A stretch of 57,021 nucleotides of DNA, counting the filler, from Sphacelaria rigidula (taxonomy: Eukaryota): assembly GCA_964200075.2 (NCBI GenBank). It is 5 parts of 5 records of this genome, joined end to end, with 100 filler letters (N's around TTAATTAATTAA, not from the genome) between each part and the next. Parts side by side here need not be neighbours in the genome. Positions count along the whole stretch, not along the records: positions 1 to 11,325 come from CAXNAA020005060.1; positions 11,426 to 22,749 come from CAXNAA020005061.1; 3 more parts are not named here. One strand, 5' to 3'. Under the pieces are notes generated by a model. That model worked only from the letters and a program-made list of their open reading frames with translations. It was not told where the DNA came from and did not search any database. Both the position numbers and the translations under genes were made by a program. How positions within the stretch are numbered: position 1 is the first letter of the stretch; each line of letters begins with the position of its first letter. Positions 1 through 12,701 of this stretch are shown here, piece after piece.

Positions 1-100
1 AAATTTCGAGCAACAAATGGCCCAAAATACCCCCCCCCCCTATCGTAGGATGACTCGTTCATTTCCTTCACCTACTGGTAGCTATTGACAATTGCTACAT

Positions 101-261
101 GCCATACAAATTTGGATTTCGATAACCGAAATGTTGGGGTCCTCGATGAAGAAAAAAATGGGGGGAATTTTGGCGATCCGATCGGATCATTTTAATTCCC
201 GAATATTTTTCTTTCATCTACGACCTCATCATTTCGGTTGTCGAAATCCAAATTTGTAGGC
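101..261. repeat. ~160-bp foldback (near-perfect hairpin), MITE-like
   Basis: 105-159 TACAAATTTGGATTTCGATAACCGAAATG... is the reverse complement of ~205-258; the centre is the perfect palindrome GATCCGATCGGATC flanked by GGGAATT/AATTCCC. Confidence 0.85.
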
Positions 262-1150
262 CGAAGATTTGGTGTGGATATGAAGACTTTAATTTTCCGG
301 GTTCTCATCCTCAATGGAAAACTCCATCTTCAATTCGATGATCGGCTGTTAATATCTGAATGATACGAAGATGTTGGGGCATAACTTAATGCGTCAATGG
401 CCCCCCCCGTACACCGGTGGGCTCACCTCTCATACACCTTCGAGGAATGTCCCTCCACGTGTCCTGTCGTATAACTCGCAATTATTCGTGCGAATGTACG
501 CACAAAGGCAAAGTAGTTCTCTCTCCCACAGGATATATAGCTGAACTACTTCACTAAATGCCCTTCAACGTGTCCGATATTTCTTCGATTTCTTTTCCCG
601 TTTTTCCAGCGCTTTTTATGCGACTCCAATATTTTTTGTCACTCACGCCCGTTTCCATCGCGCGGCCGAACGGCCGAAACAACTTGAATCGATCCGAAGA
701 CGGTTGTATTTCGACCCGATTACGGGAGCCACGAAACGTCGAAAACACACATTTGAGAATACAATTTAGCCGTCCTCGTCGTCACGGGGTCTTCATGCTC
801 GATAGTCCCAAGCAATTTAGAAAGCTTCATCATCATTGTACGTGATCACCCTTCCCAACGTCCCCGCTCTCTGCCACGCCCTTACCCTGGTATGCACCAA
901 CAGCATATTTCCTCTGTCCCGAAATTCTCCACAATTGTTGTAAAAAAAGCGCCAAAACGGGAGCTTTCCTTACCTAACCTTGGTATAGAAACTTGACTTC
1001 ATTTTTTTTTCAGAATGCCTCGTCTGCGTCTCGTCTTTCTTACAAACCCAAACAATATCAGCATCAGTACCCCTGTCGGGGAGATGTGATCTGCACCCCA
1101 TAGTTCACCTAGCGTATGGGAGAGAAGAAGTGCACAACAACCCAACGGAA

Positions 1151-1565
1151 GACACGAAAATATCTAAATCAATGGAAGAAAACATTACCGTTTATGGAGA
1201 AAACGAAACGTAGGATTCGTATTTTCACATCATCCCCCCCCCCCCTCCGCCCCCCTCCCCCCCGTGTGAATTTATACACAACGGCAATGTATGCGATAAC
1301 CCGACAGACGGCACGAAATATCTGAATCAACGGAGTACATCATCGCATATTGAGAAAACGGAACATAGGATTCGAAGATCCCCATCCCCCCTTCCCCTTC
1401 TCCCTGATATAAATATTCTTGCAGATGTATACATGAAGGTAGCGTACACGATATCCCAGTGGGCGACACGAAAATATCTGAATCAACGAAATATGTTCTC
1501 GTAATTTTGAGAAAACGGAGACACGATTCCAAGATCCGCATCGCCCCCTCACACCTCCACCCCAC
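1151..1565. repeat. Three diverged ~157-bp tandem units
   Basis: (G)ACACGAAA(A)TATCT(A/G)AATCAA at 1151, 1310, 1465, each followed by GAGAAAACG...GATTC and then a C-rich tract. Confidence 0.7.
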
Positions 1566-1769
1566 ATACTTCCAATATCACCCCACCACTCTAGAATCAT
1601 CTTCGCCTCCACAACCACGTTTCCAAACGAGGTCTGGAGGACTTGCGTTAGATTCCGTAAATGACACTTGCGTCACTTGTGATCGTAGCTTACGGAAGAG
1701 TAAAAAAGTGCGAGTGGACGTTAGTACATTACACTCAAGAACATCCGACGTAAAATAGGGCCCATTGGC

Positions 1770-2060
1770 CTCGGTTATTTGACCACGCATGACAGTAGAG
1801 ACACCTCCAACTTTCGGGCGGCCACTACGTTTCCTCGAAATATGACATGAGAACGTTTTACTCATCTTATGCCCTTCCTGTTTCATCGTCTGTGGCCACC
1901 ATCTATCTCCCGTAGCGATCGGTTTCTCGCTACTTCCTGGTGTAGCAAACTTCTCGACGTCATACTCGTATAGTTTCAACATCTCCTTCAAGACGCCCCG
2001 TTCCTCCCTGAACATTTCACGTTTTCCCACTACACGAGCTCTACTCTTGCCTTGCCACAA
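1770..2060 (-). mobile_element. 5'-truncated non-LTR retrotransposon (LINE-like) 3' end, family A, just downstream of the adhesin stop codon
   Basis: Translates EERGVLKEM...SSEKPIATGDRWWPQTMKQEG...KVGGVS, homologous to the copy at 15830-16120. Confidence 0.65.
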
Positions 2061-2073
2061 GAAATGTCAGCAT

Positions 2074-5000
2074 CTACATCGCTGGAGGAGATACGACGTC
2101 TTCTACAGACAATGAAAACGATGTTTTCCCGTTGTTGCGGAACCTAGGTTTGGTCTCCTCGCAGATCGCGCCCTCCGCTCGCATCGCGCAGGCAACCACG
2201 GCGGACTCCAATATCACTACGAGAATCATGACCGCGTGGGCCGAAACAAGGATAATCTCAAAGGTTCTCTGACTACTCGCTTGTTCGGAAGACACATCGA
2301 CCTTCAACAACAGCGCCAAGTACATGCTCGTGAACACGATAGCGTGTCCCATTCGACTGACCCAGGTGTCCCACGCGGACGCGTAGGGGTCTAGTACTTC
2401 CGATACGAAGATGAAGAACACTCCAATCAGAAGGGTCACAGCGATCTGGGCAGCGGTGTTGGGGTATATAAATACAACCACTCCAGCAAGCAAGATCCGC
2501 CGGCCGCATTCAATTACCTCGTAGTAAAATCTACGCGGTTTGTATGGCCCCCAAAGGCCGGCGGTCGACTTCAGGCCCGCAATATCTTCCCGCTTAGGCT
2601 CACCCTCCAAAGCATGACGGTTTCTAAACAGCAAGATGCCATAGAACACGGGGATCCCGACCGGGTACAGGGCAATCATGACGCCCGCGTAGATCATGAG
2701 CGCTCGATGTTTGGAAGAGTCGCACAAGATGCGGTAGTCCGCACGGAGGTAGTCCCCGCCATCCTCGAGCTCCTCACAGGCAAACATTTGGAACAAGGTG
2801 GCGGAGACCGACGAATATACGAAGAACGTGAGCAAGAGCACCATCGAGATGTGCTTTTGACGGACGTTTTCGCGAGCTACCTCCGACCCGCGGTTGAAGA
2901 GGAGTGCAACGGCGTACGTGGCGCCAAGGACGGCCATACCCACGAGGGGTCCGATCGTGGAGAGAAGCAGGCGGTCATGGAAGTCGATGTTCAAGATGCA
3001 CCCGGAAGAGAGTATCCATGACAAGTCGAAGTTGATCAAATTGATGCCATCCAGGAACTTGGCGTACACGTCGGGGTAGACCACGTTAGCGACGTCAGTG
3101 AACTGCGTGGGAGAAGCGAACGGGAGGCAAGCACCGGATAAATAAATATGTATATATATATATATATATTGAGTTACGCTGTATATATGAACTGCGGGCT
3201 ATTTGTGGCAAACGGGCGGTACACAGTGTTTCGATTCGCGCGAGGGGACAGCGAATTAGCATGCACTGACGTACTGCGAATTCGGAGTGATTTTTAACGC
3301 TAGGGGGCAGTGCACGAGTATTACGATCGCGATCGCTTCCTAAACCATGGCCAGTAGCAAGCGAAGCTGTCTGTGATGCAAAAACCAAATCTGTTGGACC
3401 CAACAACAATGCGGGGGGCTCACGAGATTGCCGGTATTGCTGGACTACCCTCGTTCAAAATGCCTATAATGCTGTCAGTGTCGGATGTCACGAAGCACCC
3501 TCTGATTGCGCGAGGAGGTGAAACAATGGTGGGGATATCACAAACTTTGCGGAATTCATCAATGCAGAACTTGGTACCTATATATCCTGATGGCCACGGT
3601 ATACTCGGCGTGAAGCGCCATAGAACATCACATCACGGGGGAGGCAATATTTGCACGAGACAGACCACGCCCTAGTGTAGCGGTTTGCGGGATCACCTGA
3701 GTCAAGATCTGCCATGCGACAAAAACGATCTTGATGGATTGCAGCGGTAAGAACCTCGACACCCGAGCTGCGATTCCACGGCCTTTGTCTGTCGCTTCCC
3801 CCGACAGCAGATGGGAAACGAGAAGAATGAAGGCAACTATTGCGAGCAAAGCAACAATAACCGCGAATGCAATGCCCCCGGTGTTCTCGGAGCACCTGAT
3901 ACACGTGAAACTGAGGCTCGCAGTGTACTCTTCGGTGCAAACGGAGCAATCTGCGCAAGGGGATACGGGGGGCGAGGTAAACACAGCGGCGGGGACCGTC
4001 AGCAGGGCATGCTACCACGGTTCATGCTTAGGTTTAGTAGATGCGTTGCCGATAATACAGGGGACAGTGGCCTTGACAGAACAGCACTCGTTGCTACTCG
4101 ACTTTTTCGTTGTCGCTACACTGCTGTTGTCTATCGAAGAATAAAATTGCCTGGTTTACTAACACATGAATGGGTTTAATAATTGAGAGACTATGTCCCC
4201 GAGAACAGGCCTCCTACGATGGAGCGCTGCGGCACAAGGCAAACGCTCTTCGTGGATGGTCGGCTTTCCTGGCCGTGTGCTGCCCCCCGCCGCGTTGCAA
4301 GGGGCGGACCTTCAATCAGCGTGCTCTCACGAAGAAAAGGGCATGTTTAATTATACGCTGCACACTGAAGTCGAGGGCAGTCGAGACACCGTCGCATCTG
4401 CAGAGAGCATCGGAATGACAACAACAGGTTCTCACATGGTCCTTGGTATCCATCATGGCAGTAACCTGATGCTTCCGTCAACCCTCCAAGACATGCTTCC
4501 GCATTGTAGCACGGCAAGACTTCTCGGCTGCTAGCTGTCGCGCGCCAGTGGCCCTTTTCGATTGACAATGTTTCCAGCGTCACATTCCCACCCGTGCTGT
4601 TCGAGTGTGCCAACTGCGGAGAGCACAGCGGTTCTCTCCCGTCAAAAGTACAGCCTCCGTCGCACCCGTCGCACCCGTTGCAGACAGTTGCGTACTGGAC
4701 CACCGACTGACAGACGGCGCAACAGAAGAGAGACGAATCGAGCTTGTTAAAACGCTTCTGTGACTGAGGGGGTGAAGGCGACAGGAATTGCACCCGCGAC
4801 TCACATTCTTAATCTGCTATGAGCAGAGGCCTCGAGGCGGGAGGTTGCCGATACACATGCATGAAACATTCGAATGGATCTCGAGCGACGGCACCTTTGG
4901 TTCGTAGTCCAGAAACGTCTCCGGCACGCAGTCGAAGACGTTGTTTTCAAACGTGATATTGATAATCTCCTGCATGTACCCGATGCTAGATATCGCCGGT

Positions 5001-7873
5001 CCCCCTCCCTCGTCCGACACATTATCCACGAACGAGCAATTGATGAGAAACTGGACGTTGCCGGCAAGTCTCAAGGCCCCTCCAGTCCCGGCTTTGTTGC
5101 CCACGAAGGATGTACCTTCGAGGCTGTCTATGCCTGCCGCGCTCTCTATTGCTCCACCAGTGGCCGTTGCAACATTGCTGTCAAACTTGCATTCCAAGAA
5201 CATCGTAGGATTAGGGAGTGGTCTGCCGTCACTGCCTTCAGTGACTGTGGTTCCGCTTCCAGTGGCGTACACCCCACCACCGACTTGAGCGATGTTCGAC
5301 GTGAATCGCATGCCGACGAATTTCGGTCCAATGCCTACGGTCGATATGAACACCGCTCCTCCCGCCACAGCGGCGGAGTTCCCAGAAAATGTCACGCTCG
5401 TAGTCTCAAACGAAGTATACAGTGCATCTGTGAGCACCATCCCGCCTCCGTTCGCTCCGCACGTGTTTTCTGTGAAGCTAGTCGAGCCGCTAATCGTGAG
5501 CGCAGAAGGGCTTTCTGCGCTATCTGGCAGCGATGCTCCGACCGCGCCCCCGTCCGAAGAAGCGAGATTGGCTGTGAAATCTGTCGACCCACTCCAGGTC
5601 AGTGTGGATGCATACCCAATGAAAACGGCACCGCCACGGTCTGCCTCGTTACCAACAAATATGGTTCGCGCAGTCCAGGAGACATTAGCGGAGCTGTCAA
5701 GGAACAGGGCGCCGCCGCGGTCGGCCTCGTTACCGATAAATGTGGTTTCCGCGGTCCAACTGACACTAGCGGAGCTGTCCACCGATATGGCGCCGCCGGA
5801 GGAGATATTGGCCCGGTTCTGGGAGAAAAGTGTCTGCGAACTCCAGGAAACGCTCGAGTTTGCCGTGGAGTATAGACCCCCCCCTTCACCTCCTAGCGCT
5901 TCATTCCCCACGAATACTGTACTTCCATGCCATGAAACACTGGAGCCGTCAGTAACGTATACGGCGCCTCCGTCAGCGGTAGCGTTGTTATTGCTGAAGG
6001 ACGTGTTGCCCTTCAAAGTAAGGGTGCCATTGACAACACACACAGCACCACCGCGACTGCCAGCATTTGCTTCGAATGTGGTCACTCCCTCGCCCACAAT
6101 CGAGGAGCCCTCGGTAACGAAAATCGCTCCCCCATCCTTGTCCTCAGAATAACCATCGGTAGGAGGGGAGTAAGCGGTGTTGTGACTGAAATTTGTAGCC
6201 GCGCTCCAGGTAACAACGGAGCCGTCTTCTGCATACAGCGCCCCGCCTTCATCCCAAGCCTCGTTTCTGATAAACTGAGCCAACTCCCCATCCCATGAAA
6301 CGGTTGAGGTGGTAAGAGAGAGAGCGGCCCCTGATGAACCACTGTTACCAGCAAACATTACGTTGCCGCTCCACGATATGCTTGAGTTACTCGCGTCAAC
6401 AGCCCCCCCGCCGAAGGTAGCACGATTGTCGCTGAAGGTCGCCGTGTGAGTACCGGAGACATGGAAGTCAAAGATGTACATTGCACCACCGAAGTAACCC
6501 CGATTGTTGGAAAATATCACCTCCCCATCGCCGGAAACTTTCGACTTCTTACCGTAGACAGCACCACCCCCGCCTCCAGCCCAGTTTCCGCTAAACACGA
6601 CATCGTCATCCCACAAGATGCTGGAACCGCCAAGAAGCACGACAGCACCTCCATTGTCGTCAGCGCTATTGTTAACGAAAAATGTCTTCCCTGTGCACGA
6701 AACCCTGGCAGCATCGTCAAGGTACACGGCACCGCCATCCTCCGCGGCGTAATTTTCGACGAAACGTGTTTCCCCGATAAGTGAAACATTTGTGACGTCA
6801 TCAACGTATAGAGCACCGCCAAACGTGGACGCGTTGTTGCCGACGACATACGTCCTCTCCAGCGTCACGGTGGACCTCGCCGCGGCGATCGCCCCACCAA
6901 CCGAGGCGTTGCCGTTCATCAGACGCATGTTGCTTATGTGCAAGGAGGCGTTATCAACGGTGAATAGTCTCGTCTTTGCCTGCTGCCCGTCCATGCCTGC
7001 ATTGGAGCCGACTCCCGTTATGTTAACGCTGGTGCCATTTGCGATATAAAAGGCCCGTCCCACAGCGACAGTTGATCTCCACTCCACGTCAAACGCCCCA
7101 TGTGAGCAGGATATGATTTCCGCCAGGGCCGTTGCTGTCTCCAAGTCTTCCACCACCCAGGCAGTCTGTGTCTCCGGTGAGCACGTAGTGGTGACTACCG
7201 GCGTTTCTTGACATTCGTATAATTCTTGAGGGGCATCAGGATCCAAACAGTTGAAGCCGGGGAACGCACCGCACTTGTACATGGAGTAGTCCGCGCAGGT
7301 GCACAAGCAGCAGTCGCCACCGTCGTACCCGCAGGAAGCATTGTTATTTTCTTCGTCACACTGACCATTGGCCGCCGTTACTATATCTCCCGTACAGGTA
7401 TCGCGGTAGGGGCTAACCTCGTCGACACAAGCCGGGTCCAGACAGTTGAAACCATTTTCGCCGCAGGGGTCATCGGGCTCGTCCACGCATGTGCAATTGC
7501 AGCAGTCGCCGCCGTCGTACCCACACGACGGGTTGTTGTATCCTTCATGACAAAAGTGGTCACCAACTAGCTGGAGGGATCCGGTGCAGTTGGGGTACAG
7601 CAAAACTGCCTCCAGTACCTCGTCAGAGCATGACGGATCGAGACATGTGAAACCAGGGTATTCTCCGCACAAGTGATAACTATGGTCGTTGACACAGGTG
7701 CAATTACAGCAGTCGCCGCCGTCGTACGCGCACGATGGAATGTTGTACTCGGCGTCACAGTAAGTGTCGCCAAGCTTGGCGGGGTCGGCGTCGCAGTCCT
7801 GAGCAGCGACCTTAATGCCAACCCCGAAGAACACGGGCAAGATCAAGCTGATGATACTAAGTAAATTCGCCAT
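2074..7873 (-). CDS. Adhesin-like / polymorphic-membrane-protein-repeat surface protein with N-terminal LNR (Notch/Lin-12)-like repeats and C-terminal multi-pass TM domain; 4 exons, ~1510 aa
   Basis: Phase-consistent GT-AG exons on minus: 7873-4895, 4706-4436, 3950-3697, 3102-2074 (4533 nt). Signal peptide MANLLSIISLILPVFFGVGIKVAA; three CxxxxNxxxCxYDGGDCC repeats; many FxxNxAxxGGA(I/L/V) repeats; Cys-rich linker joined across an intron (GYQGP-YCSVC); TM region (QSIKIVFVAWQILTQ-FTDVANVVYP, YLRADYRILC, YKPRRFYYEVIECGRR) typical of heterokont adhesin-like proteins. Confidence 0.9.
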
Positions 7874-9699
7874 CGCTCCCGTGTAGGCGCGTGGCGTTAC
7901 GGCGGTTTGCTCTCCGCGGACTCACTAGGGCGCCAACACCCCCCAACATCAAGAGCGAAAGAGTCATGGGAGGGCAGCACAGTGAGTGATTTTACACGAA
8001 AAGCTCAAATGGTGACGAAAGGCGTGACGCACGGGTATTTCTCGAGTCCCTCAAGAGCCTAACTTCATCTGTTCAACCGGACGCATATATCCGCACATTG
8101 GTGGATTCATCAAATATTTCAATAGACGAAGGGACACACACACACACACACTATTACTGAGCCTACCGTTCAAGTGTCAGAAGTATTGGCGAGAGACATG
8201 CGGCGACCGCGAAGCACGCCAGCACCGGAGTCTACGTGACCGGTGCGCGAAACTGTGGCAAGAGATGGACGGAACGATCTAATCGCAGTGTGATGAGGAG
8301 CAAGGTCAAAAACCCGGTTGTGAAGTGCTGGACGGTAAACTATGTCCGCCGGCCTTTTTGGACATAGGTATACACAAGTTCTTCTCCTACGATCCACAGC
8401 AGCGTGCGTTGTGCTGTCTTCATCGATGCGCACTCGTTGCTGTTATCAACAGATTGATGCCGACGATAGTCACCCATTTTGTCAAAGAACCACCGGTTCA
8501 TCAAGATACGACTGCTCTGTCCTGTGTACCTCTTTCCGCCAATAATATACAGCTGGCACTATACGCATGGCGTGTGAATGAATGGCGGGGTAAAATTACC
8601 GCAAGGAGCATGCTCCCGCTGTCCCCCTGACGCTATTGGGGAAATGAGTGACATTTCCTGTAAAATATCCTATTACTGGGAGACCAGCACAGCGTTCGAA
8701 TGCAACTCGAACACAAAGCAGGCGTCTGTCAAAACGGTTCTCTGATGCCGCAGTGCTGGGAAACTGCATATCTGGAGTGCTGTATATTGCTCAAGATCTG
8801 TTTTTTTTTCTTCACTCACAAACTCGGCAAGCGCGTATCGAAAAACGTGTATCTTTGGCGTTCGCGTCGCGACAGGAGCTCCAACATAGTAAACGGATAT
8901 GAACGTCAAGTTTCTATGGCCATGGAATGAAATCTGCTCCTTACTTTCCCTCATCAGTCTCATGCCATCAATCTCTATATCCCCAAACGGGTTGTTTCAA
9001 GTGAACACGGAAGTGCTTTCATGGCGGCACTTGGGGGGGGGGGGAGCTGCAGGTGTTTGCCTGCACGAAAGGGCTGTGCTCGAACACTTTGCCTTCAGTC
9101 GACAAATATCCGTATCCCTGCGGCGGAAATTTTCGAATCTAGTAAAACCATCCTGTCCAGATTTGCATTACAACTCACTTTCCCGTTTTTCCGCGAAAAA
9201 GTACCCGCTAGAAATCACACTGAGCCCTCCCGCCCAGTGTGTACCGTACGTGTCAGCCTATCCAGCACCAATGATCGAAGGGGTGGCTGACAGCCCGATC
9301 GGTGGGTTGTGGGTACAATTATTGGTAATAGCAATGTTTCTTCTCAAAGACCCCGGGAAAAACATTAGTACGCGGTATAATCGCCTGGGGAAGGGAGAAA
9401 GATACGTTTCAGACTATACCACCGGCATCTCCAACGTTGATGTCCGAGCGGAACTGCTGATTTCGCCACGAGATGATGCAAGGCAGGCACCGAAGCAAAT
9501 ATTTTCCACCTTCCGGACGGAGGCGTCTGAATGAAGCCTGCTCTGTGCAACGAAAATCAATGTACGCCCCTTGGGCACGTGAATGGATCCAATGTCCACC
9601 CGATCGGTTACTTGTGGATTCAACTCCTGGTACCCGCAAGGTTTTTCTCACAACTTTCCGGAAACCAATATGATACGTGGAGGATCAAAGGGGATTGGG

Positions 9700-11160
9700 A
9701 TTTGAGGTTTAAGGATCCGGGCGCGAATCGTGCAACGTGCAACGTACAGCTATCAATGCAGCGGATTAAGGATCGAGTGAAATGGCACAACCCTGAGTCA
9801 TTCAGTGAATTGCAGCACAGCCCAAAACGATGTACACCCAGAGTAGCACGCACAGCTTTCGATCAAAAACAAAGAACTAAATCACACAGCATAAGCGCGG
9901 TGACGTTTTACGCGACAGGTGTTGGCCAGTCAAGCATTTTGAGGCGCGTTAATATCTTGGAGCGAGAGTGGTAACCCGTAAACAGGGGCAACGGGACGGG
10001 CGACATCAATGACATCAATCTTATGTCGGCGTCATGTCACGTGCACGTGCAACTCGAATGGTACGAAGCGCTCGGCCGTTCGAAACGCGTCGTACCGTTG
10101 CAAACAGGGGTTGACTTCGATCGGCTAATTCGCTTTTTATCTCATGTGACGTCGATTCTATCTTACATGCATGAGGGGCGAGAACGCAGAGTAATAGCGC
10201 GAGCATTTGGGCGGGAGCGGGGGGGTACTCATGACCTTGCATGCTATAGTCATATTACCGTTGACCTCGCGTCCCTACAAGGCTGGGACGGAGTCACACC
10301 GGGTTTCCGCCGGACCAGGCTCAACGCGAGCGTTGGAAGTGAAGTTTTACCTCCACACACAAGCAGACAAGTAGTCGTAAAATACTTTGCTGTGCAGCGT
10401 TCTACGAAAATGGATTGATTGTTTACGACGGTAGATTCGGGAGTGCTGATTGGTGTATCAGGAACTGACGATCTCAGGGGCGCGATAGCGTTCGGTAACC
10501 ACGCAAGCGCGGACAGCTACGGTGCCGAAATATTCAAATTGATTTTCAAAGATGAAGTCTAGAGTCTCGGTTGTGGATAAAGAAATGACAAACCTAGTAC
10601 AGGGGTTGCGATTGTCCCCCTTGGCGCCCATCACATCTCCAACGAATTTGACCCGTTTTTTTTGTCAGACGTGTGTGGACGATATGATAGAGGTACAAGC
10701 TCTATTAAATGGCAACGACGGGCACCTGCTATGTGCAGCTCGGTTAGCAATTTCCAACCATGTACGTACGCTCGGTTATCGGTAAAGCTCGACCTACCCC
10801 GTGCTTCGGCAAGCAAGAAAACAGATTGGACCACAGTGCAATAGGTGCTAGGTTCCAACGTAGATATCCTGATGATAGACATCGTCATACCTTCCAAGAA
10901 GTCGAAGGTATCAGGGCGATGCTACAATCATGGCCTGGCACAAGGACATCGGTATCAGCAAGAGACGCATGAAGTATTACCCGAAACCCACGGCACTTAG
11001 CTTCAAAAGCGAGACCTCCGCAGTTTTTCGTATGGAGGGTCCTGAAAAACTCAGACACGGAGAAAATCAGGTGACGAGAATCATGAGGGGCCTACCAACA
11101 TGGTGGACAAAGAGTACAGTCATCGGCGTCGTACGAAGGTTGTTCATGGTGGAAGTGGGC
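9700..11160 (+). pseudogene. Possible highly decayed Ty1/Copia reverse-transcriptase remnant
   Basis: Colinear scattered motifs only: NPESFSELQHSP (cf. EPxSYxEAxxSP), TCVDDMI (cf. YVDD), GARFQRR..FQEV; many stops and frameshifts. Confidence 0.3.
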
Positions 11161-11269
11161 AGTCATACATCTTATGTTCCGAGAGGCTGCCGTTGTATTC
11201 TCCCATTCTCGAACACGCATGACACCCAGATGCACGTAATTGGGTTTCGGATGCAACTTTGAAATCATT

Positions 11270-11325
11270 GGGAGGGGGGAGGGGGCGTACTCATTTGTTG
11301 CTTGCCTTAGTCGTTTGACCGTTGA
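11270..11325 (-). mobile_element. LINE-like family A 3' terminus with C-rich tail, cut by contig end
   Basis: Reverse complement reads GGTCAAACGACTAAGGCAAGCAACAAATGAGTACGCCCCCTCCCCCTCCC, matching the other copies. Confidence 0.7.
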
Positions 11326-11425
11326 NNNNNNNNNNNNNNNNNNNNNNNNNNNNNNNNNNNNNNNNNNNNTTAATTAATTAANNNNNNNNNNNNNNNNNNN
11401 NNNNNNNNNNNNNNNNNNNNNNNNN
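11326..11425. other. Artificial contig spacer (44N-TTAATTAATTAA-44N)
   Basis: Six-frame-stop linker inside an N run; identical at all four gaps. Confidence 0.97.
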
Positions 11426-12617
11426 CCTCAAAACGGTGTCGCTGCAGCCCAGACTGCACGACACATCGCTGGATGCATGTTCTGACACGCGGGTGCCTTC
11501 ACTTCCACGTTAAAACGTACTATTCAGCTTCTGCGCCGTGAAACAAACATCGATCTGTGCTGGCACCCATTGCGGATGATGACATTCTGTGCGGTACAAA
11601 TTCGGGTATTGTCTGTAGAGGTCCTCAAATCAGGAGGCACGGCCGTACACACGTTGTCGGTACTTTTACGCGCTGAAACTTCGTACGCATGTCGTGTAGA
11701 CTATAGGCAACAACCTCATGTTGTAAAATCTGGGGTAGCGTTGTGGGTGCGTGCGTATCGGGCCGAAAAGATGTCGGATTCTGTTCCGAATCTAGATTTT
11801 TTTTTCTTTCGGCGCAACACTGCATGCAAATAGGTCGCGCCTGACTTTACGGTGGGTCGGTTGTGGGAGCAGGGGTTAGGCAGATCAACGGTGTCCCAGT
11901 CCATTTCGGAATACTTTTTTTTACTGCGGCACCCAGGGTGCGGTTTCGCTGATATACCGCTGACCGTACTGTACTCGTGCAGTTCAACTGGAGCCCACAC
12001 GCTACACTTTCTCGCTACAACACAGCATGGCGTCACCGTGCTACAGGACTGGCGCCAACAGAACCACACTGCTACCGAGAAAATGGCAGCTATTAGGGCA
12101 GAACTCAACATTACGCAGATATGATTTGCGATCGATCGACGAGGGCGGCTGTGCGTGTGTATAGTCTGTTATACCTACATGCACATCTACAAACACCGTG
12201 CGCCATGGTTTAGAGTTGGGCCTGTTTGCCGTTGGCGCTCGGTAGAGATGAAGCGTGATCCCACAGGCGTCGGCGTGTGCGTCGGGTCGCTGCTTACATG
12301 TAGTATCTTACATGCGGTACAGTGCACCACCGAGCCTGCGCGGTGGTACAAAGCTGACTGACTGCATGCAAGGACACAGCCGCTTCTTCTCGTGACTGCA
12401 ACCACAGCGGGTTGGACCGCCCCGTACACACACATATATATGGAAGAGAACAGTAGCTTGTACAAGCATCACTACCCATACATTGTGTGTTGCCCTGAGC
12501 ACTGTCCCACTTCACTCAGTACTCAAGTCTGCTTGCTGTACCTTCACCATACACCTCATCAGCTGCAACACTCACAACCTGTACTAGGTCTGCCCAACAG
12601 GTTAAGTAGATGCTCAC

Positions 12618-12701
12618 CTTGGAGTCGTTACGTGCAAAGACGATGCCATGGCCCGGGTAGATCCGGCTGGAACAAAAGTAGCAGATCTCTATTCGCACCA
12701 T
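12618..12701 (-). CDS. RLP24: First coding exon of ribosome biogenesis protein RLP24 (RSL24D1, L24e family); later exons not found
   Basis: [28 protein letters not shown] followed by donor AAG|GTGAGC; matches the Rlp24 N-terminus MRIExCYFCSSxIYPGHGxxFVRND, whose CYFC distinguishes it from cytosolic RPL24. Confidence 0.8.

Noticed and set aside
4874-7864. Long plus-strand ORFs (333 aa, 286 aa and others) opposite the adhesin exon
   Set aside because: Antisense shadows of a GC-rich coding exon with no independent motifs.
11370-11381. TTAATTAATTAA as a biological motif
   Set aside because: Synthetic six-frame-stop linker inside N spacers.
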